Of a stretch of 64,000 bases of DNA, positions 26,666-36,341 are shown piece after piece. Source of the DNA: a virus. The position numbers and the translations under genes were made by a program. Location: the IMG/VR virus record IMGVR_UViG_3300038393_000351, positions 32,001-96,000 of that record. The stretch is one strand, 5' to 3'. Every line of letters begins with the position of its first letter. Within the stretch, counting starts at the first letter, position 1. The notes below the pieces were generated by a model that ran no database searches, was not told where the DNA came from, and was given only the letters and a program-made list of their open reading frames with translations.

Positions 26666-27610
26666 TTACTTCCACATCCCCGATCCCTCGATCATGATCT
26701 CAGCCAGACAAGCCGAGAGGTTGATCTCCGGATCTACACTGAAAGCAGCCTGGTACTGATACTTCGCCAGAGTCACAACCAGAGCGGGAATGAATCTCGG
26801 ATCGAGCTGCTCAGATGCGGCGTCGTAGAACTTACGAAACACCGCTTGCTGTGAAGTATCGGAGTTCTCCGCAACCCACTTCCGTACGTTGGAATACTCC
26901 TTCTTCTTCATATAGCCAATGAGTTCATCTAGTGAAACTGACTCAAGGTTGACGAGAATTCCCGAATCGATCTTTCCGGTCGCTGAGTATCGCTGAAGTT
27001 CGTTGAGAATACGTCTCCAGTCGGGAAACCACTTCTGGATCACCGCAGCGAGAGCTTTCTTATCGTACTCGACACTCTCTTGTTCAAGGATCACTTCCAC
27101 TCGCTTCATGAACTGAACAGCGAGCTTGGCCATATCACTCTTCTTGATCTTGAAATCGATGATGGAACACCGACTCTGCAGAGCTTCAATGATCTTATTC
27201 GGATAGTTCGCCGTTAGGATGAAGCCGCAGTTGTTCGAGAACTCCTCCATAAAGTTGCGAAGAGCCGGCTGAGTGCTGTTGGGATTCAGGTGATCGGCTT
27301 CGTCTAGGATCACGTACTTTCGTCCCTCGGAGAACGAGATAGACGACGCAAACTGAGTTATCTCATTTCGAAGAGTGTCGATGTTTCGATCGAGCGATCC
27401 ATTCACGACGATGTAGTCGGAGCCAATCTCCTTAAGCATCGCTTTAGCGACAGTAGTCTTACCAACGCCGGCGTTCCCAGTCAAGAGGAGGTTCTGTACG
27501 TTCTTCTGGTCTACGTACGTTTGGAACACTTTCTTAAGATCTTCCGGCAGAATAACATCGGCGATCTTATTCGGTCTAAACTTCTCAGTCCAAAGATATT
27601 CGTCAGACAT
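26666..27610 (-). CDS. 44: Clamp loader large subunit (gp44)
   Basis: WTEKFRP; GNAGVGKTT; ILDEAD; LQSRC. Confidence 0.97.
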   Translation of the reverse strand: MSDEYLWTEKFRPNKIADVILPEDLKKVFQTYVDQKNVQNLLLTGNAGVGKTTVAKAMLKEIGSDYIVVNGSLDRNIDTLRNEITQFASSISFSEGRKYVILDEADHLNPNSTQPALRNFMEEFSNNCGFILTANYPNKIIEALQSRCSIIDFKIKKSDMAKLAVQFMKRVEVILEQESVEYDKKALAAVIQKWFPDWRRILNELQRYSATGKIDSGILVNLESVSLDELIGYMKKKEYSNVRKWVAENSDTSQQAVFRKFYDAASEQLDPRFIPALVVTLAKYQYQAAFSVDPEINLSACLAEIMIEGSGMWK

Positions 27611-27647
27611 TCTAACTCCATAATATAAAGGCTCAGTTGATTTTACT

Positions 27648-27800
27648 CTACTGAGCCTGACTTTGATACTTTTTAACTAAATCGATTATAGCTTCCGCTT
27701 GCTTAGACCAATGAAGTCGATGTTCTTCTTTATAGTGAGTCGGCCACGATCCTCCATTATGGAGAATCGCAATCTGCTCAACCAATTCATCATACGTCAT
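27648..27800 (-). CDS. 50-aa hypothetical protein
   Basis: Manual translation MTYDELVEQIAILHNGGSWPTHYKEEHRLHW...; ATGA-coupled. Confidence 0.5.
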   Translation of the reverse strand: MTYDELVEQIAILHNGGSWPTHYKEEHRLHWSKQAEAIIDLVKKYQSQAQ

Positions 27801-28084
27801 TTCACATCGATCTCGACGCCGACTAGCTCAGCGATCTTCTTGATCAGAGCAGTCTTCTCCTCGAGCTCACACTCAGGCTCATTGTTGTCGATGTCGTACT
27901 GTTTAGCGCGAATGATCCAGTCCTTAAGTTCAAGCACTTCACGCTTTAGTTCATCGAAATCTTCTTTACTAATCCGATCCGATTCGGGAAATTGGGTAGA
28001 GGGAATCGTTGGAAAAGGTTGAAAATAAGGACGGTCTTTCCAAATATCAGTGTATCGATCTGAGACCATGCTAACTGCGCACAT
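27797..28084 (-). CDS. Hypothetical protein
   Basis: AAGGAG SD before MCAVSMVSD; RAKQYD...NEPECE. Confidence 0.65.
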   Translation of the reverse strand: MCAVSMVSDRYTDIWKDRPYFQPFPTIPSTQFPESDRISKEDFDELKREVLELKDWIIRAKQYDIDNNEPECELEEKTALIKKIAELVGVEIDVK

Positions 28085-28428
28085 TATAGTTCTCCTTCTG
28101 AATGGCGAGCTTCGGCTGAACGAATGTCTCCTGTGTAGGGTTCGTTTGTATATTCGAAAATATCGGGTTTCACCGGCCAATACTCTCCCCTGACACCTCG
28201 ACAGATGTAGTCGCCTACGTGAGCCGTCATCACACCTTCCAGAGTCTCGATACGAATCGTGTACTCCAGAGTGAAGATGTCGCGACTGATGGAAGCTTCG
28301 ACACCTGAAGCCTTGATCTCATCGAGGATCGGCTTCGCCGTGAGTCCAGCGAACTTCATCGCCTCAGTCGTCCACTGGATCGCCTCAACGACAACCGGCT
28401 TTCTCTTGTACTTCTTAAATACTGTCAC
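28084..28428 (-). CDS. Conserved phage protein (PGDYG-like)
   Basis: YKRKPVVVEAIQW...IETLEGVM...GDYI..GVRGEYWPVKPDIFE..Y. Confidence 0.75.
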   Translation of the reverse strand: MTVFKKYKRKPVVVEAIQWTTEAMKFAGLTAKPILDEIKASGVEASISRDIFTLEYTIRIETLEGVMTAHVGDYICRGVRGEYWPVKPDIFEYTNEPYTGDIRSAEARHSEGEL

Positions 28429-29102
28429 TTCTTCTTTGACTCCGTCGTCACGAGGTAAGTAATGTTCTCCGATCCAAAGCGGGCGATTCCTCTAGATGAA
28501 TACTTCACAGTATAATCAAGTGGTAGGAACTTGATGTTCTCCGATTTAAACAGAGCTGTGAACGCCTCCGTTGTAGTATCGAGCTCAGCTTCGTATGTAT
28601 CTCCCGTCGGATTCTTAGAATCGAGAGCACGGAGCTTAACGGTCTCGCCGTCACCCACGACCTCAAACTCAGGAAGCTTCATGATCAGCAGAGCTTTGTT
28701 GACGTCTGCAAACACGTCGTTGCTCCAGGGAAACTCGATCTCACCCTTCTCAACGACCGCGATCAGCTTCTTGAACGTCTCGGGATCAACTGAGTTGATG
28801 TGCCTGGGATCAGCGAACGTATAGTTGAGCTGCTTCTTTCCCTCTTCGATGGTGATGAACTTATCACCGATCAGGAGCTCAGGATCTTCAAAGTGCGACA
28901 TCACCGCCAGAAGACGATTGATGTCGTAGATCGCAAAGTCGCTCTCGAAGCTCTCAGCAATGGTAGCCTTAACCATGATGCTCTTGGCTTCTGAGATGGT
29001 GTAGATCTCGTTTCCCTGACGAAAGAGCAGGGACTTATTGATCGAAGCGAAGTTGCGAAGGATCGCGATCGTCTCCGGTGATAGCTTAATCTTCTGTGTC
29101 AT
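28425..29102 (-). CDS. 45: Sliding clamp (gp45)
   Basis: KLSPETIAILRNFASIN; FAIYDINRLL; synteny with 44/62. Confidence 0.95.
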   Translation of the reverse strand: MTQKIKLSPETIAILRNFASINKSLLFRQGNEIYTISEAKSIMVKATIAESFESDFAIYDINRLLAVMSHFEDPELLIGDKFITIEEGKKQLNYTFADPRHINSVDPETFKKLIAVVEKGEIEFPWSNDVFADVNKALLIMKLPEFEVVGDGETVKLRALDSKNPTGDTYEAELDTTTEAFTALFKSENIKFLPLDYTVKYSSRGIARFGSENITYLVTTESKKK

Positions 29103-29121
29103 AATCTAAATTTCTTCTCCG

Positions 29122-29976
29122 TTAATTCTTTTTCTTCTTGAGTTGAGCTGGATCGACAGTAGCCGATGCGCCAATCGTAGCTAGATCAGCTAGTGAACCA
29201 CCGAACACGTACGTTCCTACATGGTTCATCGACATCCACGGACAGAGCCACACTTTCAATCCCGCGTCGATACACTTCTGTGTAAACCAGTAGTCCTCAG
29301 AAAGATACCGTTTTGTCTTTGGGTCCACGTCGGCTTGGAAGTACATACCGATCTCCCTAGACCCATCGAAATCAGCCATGCGGGCGTGGTCCGGTCGATA
29401 TGTAGACTCCGGATACGCTTGAAGGAACTTCTCCAGAGTCCTTCGCGGAATCATCATGAAACCAGTACCGATCTCCAAAACTTCAGCTGGTTCACTGATC
29501 TGGAATGAACCAGTGCCTGCTTTAGGATTGAAGACGTAGTCGCCAACGAACTTCTCCAAGATGTTGGGATCGGACTCAGCCTTACCCTGATCAACGGCCA
29601 TCTTGATCTTTTCCCAGGAGATGCACTTCTTAGGATATGGACCACCAATGACATCGTATGGAGAATTGGGATCAGCCGTCATAGCCATCAGAGCGACAAC
29701 GTCCTGCGGAGTGAAGCCGATGTCTGCATCGATGAACATCAGGTGAGTAGCACCCGATCGCAGAAACGCATCGCAGCAGTAGTTTCTGGCTCGAGTAATC
29801 AGAGACTCATTCGAGAGAAAATAAAGCATGATCTCGATGCCATTCACCGCACACAGAGCAGTCAAGTCTGCGATTGCTTTAGTGAACATACCGGCGCACA
29901 TCCCACCGTACATTGGAGTCGCGATGAAGAGCTTATTCTTCCTCAGCTCCGACATCGGTACTGTAATTTCAACCAT
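29122..29976 (-). CDS. GT-A-fold glycosyltransferase-like protein
   Basis: LFIATPMYGG; ESLITRARN; HLMFIDADI (DxD); GTGFMMI; LSEDYWF. Confidence 0.7.
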   Translation of the reverse strand: MVEITVPMSELRKNKLFIATPMYGGMCAGMFTKAIADLTALCAVNGIEIMLYFLSNESLITRARNYCCDAFLRSGATHLMFIDADIGFTPQDVVALMAMTADPNSPYDVIGGPYPKKCISWEKIKMAVDQGKAESDPNILEKFVGDYVFNPKAGTGSFQISEPAEVLEIGTGFMMIPRRTLEKFLQAYPESTYRPDHARMADFDGSREIGMYFQADVDPKTKRYLSEDYWFTQKCIDAGLKVWLCPWMSMNHVGTYVFGGSLADLATIGASATVDPAQLKKKKN

Positions 29977-29977
29977 T

Positions 29978-30565
29978 TTATCCTTTCTTCCTTAAGAACT
30001 CAGCGACGATGATTGTGATCTTTTCATAGTACTCATTGATCGTCGTGTCGTTGTGTACGTCCACCTCGTTCGGTGAAACGCCGTAGATGTATGACCGAGA
30101 ATCACCGGTAAAGTCGTAACCGGGGCGATGACACCTGATCAGAAGAGTGTTCTCCAAACCAAAAGCATCTGCAACTGGTTTAGCTTCCTCGATAAAACCT
30201 GAATCCGGAACAACGATCGCGGATGCACTCGTGTTTCTATTTCGCTGAACGAAGAGTCGTGCAAAGATATCCGAGCCATACTTTAGCTTCATATATGATT
30301 CTGAAAAATCGATCTGCCACTGGCGATATGAACAGTTAAATTCAGGAATGATGTCTCCCTTAGTGCTTTCATATGGTTCTACGTTTCCGTATTCATCCAT
30401 GCCAGCTCCTACAACACCGGCAAAAGCAGCTTTAAGCGGCATTGCAAACCGATCAAAATCAACGTAAGAATCGGCACTTATAGATGAGAAGATCTTTTGT
30501 ACTCTAAGAGCAGCAGTGTCTTTTCCAGAACGCGGTGGGCCGTTAAACAGAATTATCTTGGTCAA
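29978..30565 (-). CDS. Deoxynucleoside monophosphate kinase
   Basis: NGPPRSGKDT P-loop; FAMPLK; VPDSGFIEE; GDSRSY. Confidence 0.8.
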   Translation of the reverse strand: MTKIILFNGPPRSGKDTAALRVQKIFSSISADSYVDFDRFAMPLKAAFAGVVGAGMDEYGNVEPYESTKGDIIPEFNCSYRQWQIDFSESYMKLKYGSDIFARLFVQRNRNTSASAIVVPDSGFIEEAKPVADAFGLENTLLIRCHRPGYDFTGDSRSYIYGVSPNEVDVHNDTTINEYYEKITIIVAEFLRKKG

Positions 30566-30746
30566 TGGGTTTCTCCTCTATAATGAGTTTTCTGTTCCCC
30601 CACACATAAAAATGAGCGTAGTCTCCCGGATTGAAGAGATCTGTTCTATCTCCAACGTATACAGAACCGTCTTCAAGCGATTCGACGACGCGGGCGGAGA
30701 CGGTGTGATTTCCTCCGCCGTGAATGATGTGAATCTTTGTTGTCAT
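30543..30746 (-). CDS. Hypothetical protein
   Basis: ATGA-coupled ORF. Confidence 0.55.
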   Translation of the reverse strand: MTTKIHIIHGGGNHTVSARVVESLEDGSVYVGDRTDLFNPGDYAHFYVWGNRKLIIEEKPIDQDNSV

Positions 30747-31954
30747 AGCAAAATGTCCTCGAGTGTTCTAGGTGCTTCCTTTTCATACACGTGTTTCTGA
30801 GTATGATTATATTGAAACACTAGCGGTTTAGTGACCCACTGCCTGTTTCCATTCAGTGCTTCACGAACTTCCACAGCCATGTCGTGTGCCGTCTTAACGG
30901 GAACGTTCTGACAGATGTGATTAGCCGATTTCTTTGGATCGAGAAGCTCAAAGTTCTCGGGAAGTCCCATTATCGACATAGCTTCACGATAAGTGATGAA
31001 GCGATCGTGAATTGGGTGTGTCAGGCAAGTGGGATAATGACCGACAAACGCACCGATGTAGTCCTTGGGAACAACAGTTCCGCGGCGCATTAAGTTTCCG
31101 CCGGCGTCGAGCTTAGCCTGCCTCTTGGCACACTTGGCGACTTCTCTTTCGAGACCCTGCTTCGCCATCCACTCACCGACTTGAGTGTAATTATAACCCT
31201 GAAGCTCGATATATGACAACGAATCGTTGCCGCGGGCTTTCAAGGGTTCAAGAACTTTCGTCGAGAACTCTCGATGTGAGATACCACCGTGAATCACTTC
31301 CAGAATAAATCGGTAGTATGGATCTGACTCAGAAGGTGTCCTGGGATTGATCGGATCCATCTGGGAGTTTGACTTAACGTTGATTATAAGATCTTCAATC
31401 TTCTGATGCGGCTCGTTATAGTAGTTCAAGATCGGAGTCTTATCGCCTTTCCAGAAGAAGTAGAACGAACGCTCCCGGACTTGAGGGATGCCGTGCAGGA
31501 GTGATCGCGTACGATAGAAAGAAGCTGTGTATCCATACTTCTTTCCAATGCTGATTAAGTTAGCTCGTACGTTCTGTCCAATCTTTCCGGCTAGTCCTGG
31601 AGCGTTCTCACCGAAGTACGCAGCTGGTTTAATCGTTCCCAGAACATACTCAGCTGCTTTCGGCATCCAATCGTTTGCGGGATTGTTGTCACCGTATCCA
31701 TGGGATAACTGAGACAAGCCCGCACAAGGACACGTGCTGTGAACAACGTCTACTTTAGTGTGCGGAGAATCACCGTTGTCTATTACGTAGTACGGAACGT
31801 CTTTACCAAGCGTGCTTTGGTAGTGATTGACGATGTGCTTATCGTTATTCCAAAACGCTTTGTACGAAATAAGATATTCTGGATCTTGATCAAAAGCCTT
31901 GGCTGTTCCAATATCCATTCCACCAATGAGTGGAATAATTCCCGCGAATTTCAA
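30743..31954 (-). CDS. C5-cytosine DNA methyltransferase-like protein with divergent motif I
   Basis: TCPCAGLS (catalytic PC); GENAP; PQVRER; RFITYREAMSIMGLP; QNVP. Motif I reads IPLIGG instead of FxGxGG. Confidence 0.75.
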   Translation of the reverse strand: MKFAGIIPLIGGMDIGTAKAFDQDPEYLISYKAFWNNDKHIVNHYQSTLGKDVPYYVIDNGDSPHTKVDVVHSTCPCAGLSQLSHGYGDNNPANDWMPKAAEYVLGTIKPAAYFGENAPGLAGKIGQNVRANLISIGKKYGYTASFYRTRSLLHGIPQVRERSFYFFWKGDKTPILNYYNEPHQKIEDLIINVKSNSQMDPINPRTPSESDPYYRFILEVIHGGISHREFSTKVLEPLKARGNDSLSYIELQGYNYTQVGEWMAKQGLEREVAKCAKRQAKLDAGGNLMRRGTVVPKDYIGAFVGHYPTCLTHPIHDRFITYREAMSIMGLPENFELLDPKKSANHICQNVPVKTAHDMAVEVREALNGNRQWVTKPLVFQYNHTQKHVYEKEAPRTLEDILL

Positions 31955-31968
31955 ATTACCTCTTTTCT

Positions 31969-32442
31969 CTATGGCAGTAGAATTTTCTTAGTAAGAAGGA
32001 TAGCTTCCTCCATATCGTGAACTGTGAACGGACAAGCCTCACGCATCATAGCATGATCGTGAACGTTAGGTGAATCCTTCTCGGTCAGATAGACGATGGG
32101 AATGTTCCATGCATCGGCCCAGGCTACTTCCATCACAGTACCAATGGAGACTCGGCCAGCACCGATCATATTCACGAAAACGAGATCGGATGTCTTGACG
32201 TCATTGCGGTCGCGATGAAAGATGCCGCGCTGTGTCGACATGACGGAGAGTGTGTCTGGATAGACATCCAGGATCTCCTTCTCATTGGAGAGATACTCCT
32301 TTGAGCGAAGGGGAGAGTACGCAACGATCCTACCATTGGAGATGTCGTCCAACTGCTTACTTACATACTCACGCCAGTTGGTGCATCCACCCCAGGAGCA
32401 ACCGGTAATCGGACCTGCGGTATATACTTTATATGAATTCAT
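31969..32442 (-). CDS. Nucleoside 2-deoxyribosyltransferase / NMP N-glycosidase family protein
   Basis: VYTAGPI; RDRNDVKTSDLVFVN; SIGTVMEVAWA; TATAAATA at 32469-32462. Confidence 0.75.
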   Translation of the reverse strand: MNSYKVYTAGPITGCSWGGCTNWREYVSKQLDDISNGRIVAYSPLRSKEYLSNEKEILDVYPDTLSVMSTQRGIFHRDRNDVKTSDLVFVNMIGAGRVSIGTVMEVAWADAWNIPIVYLTEKDSPNVHDHAMMREACPFTVHDMEEAILLTKKILLP

Positions 32443-32464
32443 AATGTAAAAACCTCTGAGCTAT

Positions 32465-32734
32465 TTATACTCGACTTCGATAAACGTCACCGTTTTCCAA
32501 CATTTTCTTATCTTCGTATGGAGAAACTACTCGACGAGAGAACTCTAACTTAGCGCACTCCAATGCACCAATGATCTCATTACAACGTGTATATGAGATG
32601 TTGTGTCCAAGATATGCATCACATATCGTAGTGATGACGTAGTTCAGTTCACCTGGAGTAAAGCACGCAGTACCAACTGAACTTAGGTAGCGATCACGTA
32701 GATTCAGACGTGCTTCTTCACTGATGTACGGCAT
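32465..32734 (-). CDS. Small conserved phage protein (DUF6899-like)
   Basis: MPYI...GELNYVIT...GALECAKLEF.RR...YEDKK..ENGDVY. Confidence 0.65.
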   Translation of the reverse strand: MPYISEEARLNLRDRYLSSVGTACFTPGELNYVITTICDAYLGHNISYTRCNEIIGALECAKLEFSRRVVSPYEDKKMLENGDVYRSRV

Positions 32735-33959
32735 TTTCAATCTTTCTCATTAAATCATCAAAGACAAACTGCGAGTCTTGGTGTGCTTTATAGTACTCAA
32801 ACGCTTTGAGTCTCCATGCATGGCGTTCATGCGGGTCTTCTGAGAGGCGCTTGATGATTTCGAACGCCTGACCCATGTCGCTCTTATTCGTCGGAAGCCA
32901 GATCGTTCCGGAGTCGTCTTCAGTCAAGCGATTACCCGTCACACGATGGGTGCAAGCGTCACCGAACTCCTTCCTGAAAACTGGAAGAGCACCAACTGCT
33001 GGAATCTCACAATGAGTGTATTCAATCGATTTATCTATGAATTTTGAATCAAGAAGCGAGAGCTGAAATCCAAACGCAGTCTTGGCCATTCTCTTCAGCA
33101 TGGCGTCGTTGTTGTATACGGAGAACACTACGGCGTCTTTTCCACGATAGTCCTTCATATCAACGGTATCTGGATCTTTGTTCGCCAGCATATCAACGAA
33201 GACGGACTTCGTCTTAAAGTCGAGATACGCAGGCGACTTCTCGATACCCTCTAGAACCGTGGCGAATCCAGCATCGCGAAGGTAGTTGTTGTGTAAATCG
33301 AACATGGGAACGAAGCCTTTCCAGAAAGTCGTTCGTCCGATCCACCGACATAGTTTATCATCTTGTGCCATGACTGGACACCAATATCTCTCGAAGAGAG
33401 CATCAAAGTTGCACGCCGGCTGAAACGTTTCGATCTTTCTTCCAGGAGAAAACAGTGTCTCGAGTCCCTCACCGCCTGAAAACGACGCCACTTGCTCAGC
33501 GAAGTGACCGGTCGTTGAGTGTGCAAAGATAGCCGCGGCGCGATCTACTAGAATCTCAGTGCCTGCGTTTCTACGCAGGGACAGCTTGTTGTGATCGTGC
33601 TGGATCATGATGATCGGAGGCTTACACTCCGAGATGCACTCCAGAAAGTTATCAACGGCCTTGGCATCGTGTGCTTTGACAGTCTTCTTTACTTGAGCCG
33701 ATGGTAGGGAGTTGACGATGACCACATCGGCTTTATTGATGATGTCCATAGCGTGCTTGAACTGATCATCTTTGGCGAACTTGAATTGAAGGCAATCGAG
33801 TTCGTGGGAATCCTTTCGAGACCACGTTTTATCTTTCAGGGCGATCACTGGATTATTGATGCCCTTTTTCTTTAAGTACTTCTGAAGCTCAATAGTGAAC
33901 TTCGTAACACCACATCCCTCTACACCCCTCCCAAGAAGAGTGACTACATTGCTAATCAC
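32718..33959 (-). CDS. agt: DNA alpha-glucosyltransferase (T4 Agt-like)
   Basis: GRGVEGCGVTKF (T4: ARGLEGCGVTKF); QHDH; RWIGRTTFWKG; IEYTHCE. Confidence 0.85.
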   Translation of the reverse strand: MISNVVTLLGRGVEGCGVTKFTIELQKYLKKKGINNPVIALKDKTWSRKDSHELDCLQFKFAKDDQFKHAMDIINKADVVIVNSLPSAQVKKTVKAHDAKAVDNFLECISECKPPIIMIQHDHNKLSLRRNAGTEILVDRAAAIFAHSTTGHFAEQVASFSGGEGLETLFSPGRKIETFQPACNFDALFERYWCPVMAQDDKLCRWIGRTTFWKGFVPMFDLHNNYLRDAGFATVLEGIEKSPAYLDFKTKSVFVDMLANKDPDTVDMKDYRGKDAVVFSVYNNDAMLKRMAKTAFGFQLSLLDSKFIDKSIEYTHCEIPAVGALPVFRKEFGDACTHRVTGNRLTEDDSGTIWLPTNKSDMGQAFEIIKRLSEDPHERHAWRLKAFEYYKAHQDSQFVFDDLMRKIENAVHQ

Positions 33960-34336
33960 GATTCGATATACTCCTTGCAGCGCTTCAGTTCAGCGCGTTC
34001 AAACTCTTTATCATTCAGAAGACGATTTCTCGGTGATGGGTGCGGGAGCTTAAAGTGCTCCACGTTCAACTTATCGAGAACTCTAGATGCAAACCCACCC
34101 AGTGCGACGATTTTCTCGTGATACTTAGTAACTTCTCGAAGTAGATCCCACTGAACGTACTCCATCTTAGCCGCGCCGCGATCAGGGACAGAGTTTACGA
34201 AGGATATCACGCCAAGATCCATGTCGTCTACCCACGCCGACAGCTTCTTGAACGTTTGGTTGGGCTTCATTCCGATCGTCGGTCGATCCGCTGGATTCAT
34301 TCCTACAAAGAGAACGTTTATTTTCTTCCTGCTCAT
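33956..34336 (-). CDS. Uracil-DNA glycosylase-superfamily protein
   Basis: VLFVGMNP; IVALGGFA; LPHPSPRN; ATG at 34336. Confidence 0.7.
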   Translation of the reverse strand: MSRKKINVLFVGMNPADRPTIGMKPNQTFKKLSAWVDDMDLGVISFVNSVPDRGAAKMEYVQWDLLREVTKYHEKIVALGGFASRVLDKLNVEHFKLPHPSPRNRLLNDKEFERAELKRCKEYIES

Positions 34337-35099
34337 GGTCGTGTCTTTCCCAAAAATCTTCTGTGAACTTAAGATTGATCTGCGGCTCTGAACTGTATGG
34401 GATATTCTCCTTCTGGAAGAGAGGAAGAACTGCTTTAATGATTCCATCTGCATTCGATATGGACAAATACGTTACAGTTATAGGCATCACCGATTTAGAC
34501 GGTGGAAACGTATAGGTCGCTTTCAGATCACCGCGATAGAAGGGCAGACGCTTGTATCCTTCATAATCGACTTCATTTGTCTCAACGCGATTACCAGCGT
34601 ACACTTGTCCAGTGTGAATTGAAATATACTCTATTTCCTTCTCGGAGGGAATTTCGTAACACACGAACTCAACACCACACTTATTGAACATAAACTTCGT
34701 ATCTTCAAAGGAAGCAGCCCACTTAGATTTCATGGGCTTATATCTCATGACGACTCGCTTGATACCAGATTGTATCACGGCTTTAGCACACTCAGAACAA
34801 GTAGCGATACCATCCACAAAGAGCGTAGCTCCTTTTAAGGAAACTCCGTTTCTGGCTGCGTTATAGATCGCGTTCTCCTCGGCGTGAACTACGTACTTCA
34901 GCTTTATTTCACGATCGTTATAGAGTTCCTCATCATCGGGAAATCCCTCAGGAAAACCGTTGTAGCCTGTCGCAACGATTCGACGATCGATAACGGCTAC
35001 CGCACCTAGCTTTGATCTCGGGTCTTTCGACCACGTAGCTATCTCATTCTTAGCTACGTCGAGAAACCGCTTATCCCACTTGGGAATCTCTACTTCCAT
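34182..35099 (-). CDS. cd: dCMP deaminase with long C-terminal extension
   Basis: SKDP; TGYNG; HAEENAI; TCSECAKAVIQSGI. Confidence 0.85.
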   Translation of the reverse strand: MEVEIPKWDKRFLDVAKNEIATWSKDPRSKLGAVAVIDRRIVATGYNGFPEGFPDDEELYNDREIKLKYVVHAEENAIYNAARNGVSLKGATLFVDGIATCSECAKAVIQSGIKRVVMRYKPMKSKWAASFEDTKFMFNKCGVEFVCYEIPSEKEIEYISIHTGQVYAGNRVETNEVDYEGYKRLPFYRGDLKATYTFPPSKSVMPITVTYLSISNADGIIKAVLPLFQKENIPYSSEPQINLKFTEDFWERHDHEQEENKRSLCRNESSGSTDDRNEAQPNVQEAVGVGRRHGSWRDILRKLCP

Positions 35100-35875
35100 G
35101 GTGACTCCGGATACTTCTCGCGATACTCAGATTTCTTGATTGAGATCTGACCAGTCTTATCGTAGTGATCGACTAGATAGAAATCCTTCTCATAGCAGTG
35201 AAGGGAACCGACTTGCCAGTGAATCGTACCAGCTTCGAGCTCACCGCCGAAGCTCTGGTTCAGAACATCGACCATGTTGTGCTGAACGTGCCTCTGCCAA
35301 GCGTAGTCGTTCCTATAGCCCGCCCAGACGTCGTTGCTGCGCATCTGAACTACGACGTCCAGAAGACCATCACGGATCAGGTATTGAACTGCGTTCGTAC
35401 AGACGAAATCCGACATACCACCCTTATTGTAGTCTTCGTGCATAGAGGGACGGTTATAGATAGCCAGTGCCCTGCGGGAGAGCGGATTCTTCTTGAGCTC
35501 CTCGATCACGTTCCTCCACTGATAGTAGTTCTCAGCGGAGTATAGAATAAAACCGTAGTTTGAGTTGATGTATCCGGTGCGCTCTGAGTTCAGCTCAGGA
35601 ATGATCTCCTTCGACGCGATCTGTTGCCAGATCTTCGGAGGACCACCCGGGATATCATTAACGTTTCTCGACATCGACTGATACCACTCGAGCTCACGTG
35701 AAACGTAGTCCTCGTTCACTTCACCAAAGATGAGGGGTTCATCTGCGATGAAGTCAGCACCGACGATCTCGATCGTCTTGACACCAGTCTTATCGATCAC
35801 GAACTGCTCTCGAAGCAGGAGATCAGTGAACTGCGATCGTACTTCCAGAATCCTATTATCTCGATATCCCTGCAT
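35090..35875 (-). CDS. 42: dCMP hydroxymethylase (T4 gp42-like, thymidylate synthase fold)
   Basis: DFVCTNAVQYLIR...MRSNDVWAGYRNDYAW (T4 gp42: DFMCTNTVQYLIR...MRSNDVVFGFRNDYAW), with the cytosine-specifying Asp; next to agt. Confidence 0.85.
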   Translation of the reverse strand: MQGYRDNRILEVRSQFTDLLLREQFVIDKTGVKTIEIVGADFIADEPLIFGEVNEDYVSRELEWYQSMSRNVNDIPGGPPKIWQQIASKEIIPELNSERTGYINSNYGFILYSAENYYQWRNVIEELKKNPLSRRALAIYNRPSMHEDYNKGGMSDFVCTNAVQYLIRDGLLDVVVQMRSNDVWAGYRNDYAWQRHVQHNMVDVLNQSFGGELEAGTIHWQVGSLHCYEKDFYLVDHYDKTGQISIKKSEYREKYPESPWK

Positions 35876-35882
35876 CTTATTC

Positions 35883-36341
35883 CTATCGGCTCACTGAGGG
35901 AATGCGAAAATCCCATTCATCTGTTTTATCAATCGGACAGAACGCCACCGTTGGTTGAGCTTGACCCATCAAACCCTCATAACCCGTCAAGCTCGGAGTG
36001 TTTGAAGCAACTATACATCGGTTAAACATGTCGCGATCGGGCTTCTGACCCTCCATCTTACCGCGAAGCCAAGACACACCGAACGATGCGTAGTTGATGA
36101 GGTCTTTCAGAGAATCCTCGATCGACTCATGCTTGGGTTTTACACCGGCCGCGGAAGCCTCGAGCAGAGACTGAATCCTGAGCATCTTACCATTCATCGT
36201 ATCGAAGATCGTGTCGATGCCTCGGCGATAGTGATCGGCTTGAACAACGTTCGAGTTCGGATTCTGATAATCCTGCGACTTCGCGAGCTGAAGTTCAATG
36301 CATTCACGAAGGACTTTTACCGATTCTCTTTCTTCACTCAA
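35883..36341 (-). CDS. Nucleotide-modification-associated all-alpha protein (DUF1599-like)
   Basis: LRECIELQLAKSQDY...KMLRI...ESIEDSLKDLINYASF. Confidence 0.7.
   Translation of the reverse strand: MSEERESVKVLRECIELQLAKSQDYQNPNSNVVQADHYRRGIDTIFDTMNGKMLRIQSLLEASAAGVKPKHESIEDSLKDLINYASFGVSWLRGKMEGQKPDRDMFNRCIVASNTPSLTGYEGLMGQAQPTVAFCPIDKTDEWDFRIPSVSR

Noticed and set aside
35090-35875. Calling this gene thymidylate synthase thyA/td
   Set aside because: It has the gp42-type RND-YAW Asp and DFxCTN motifs and sits beside agt; ThyX is encoded separately.
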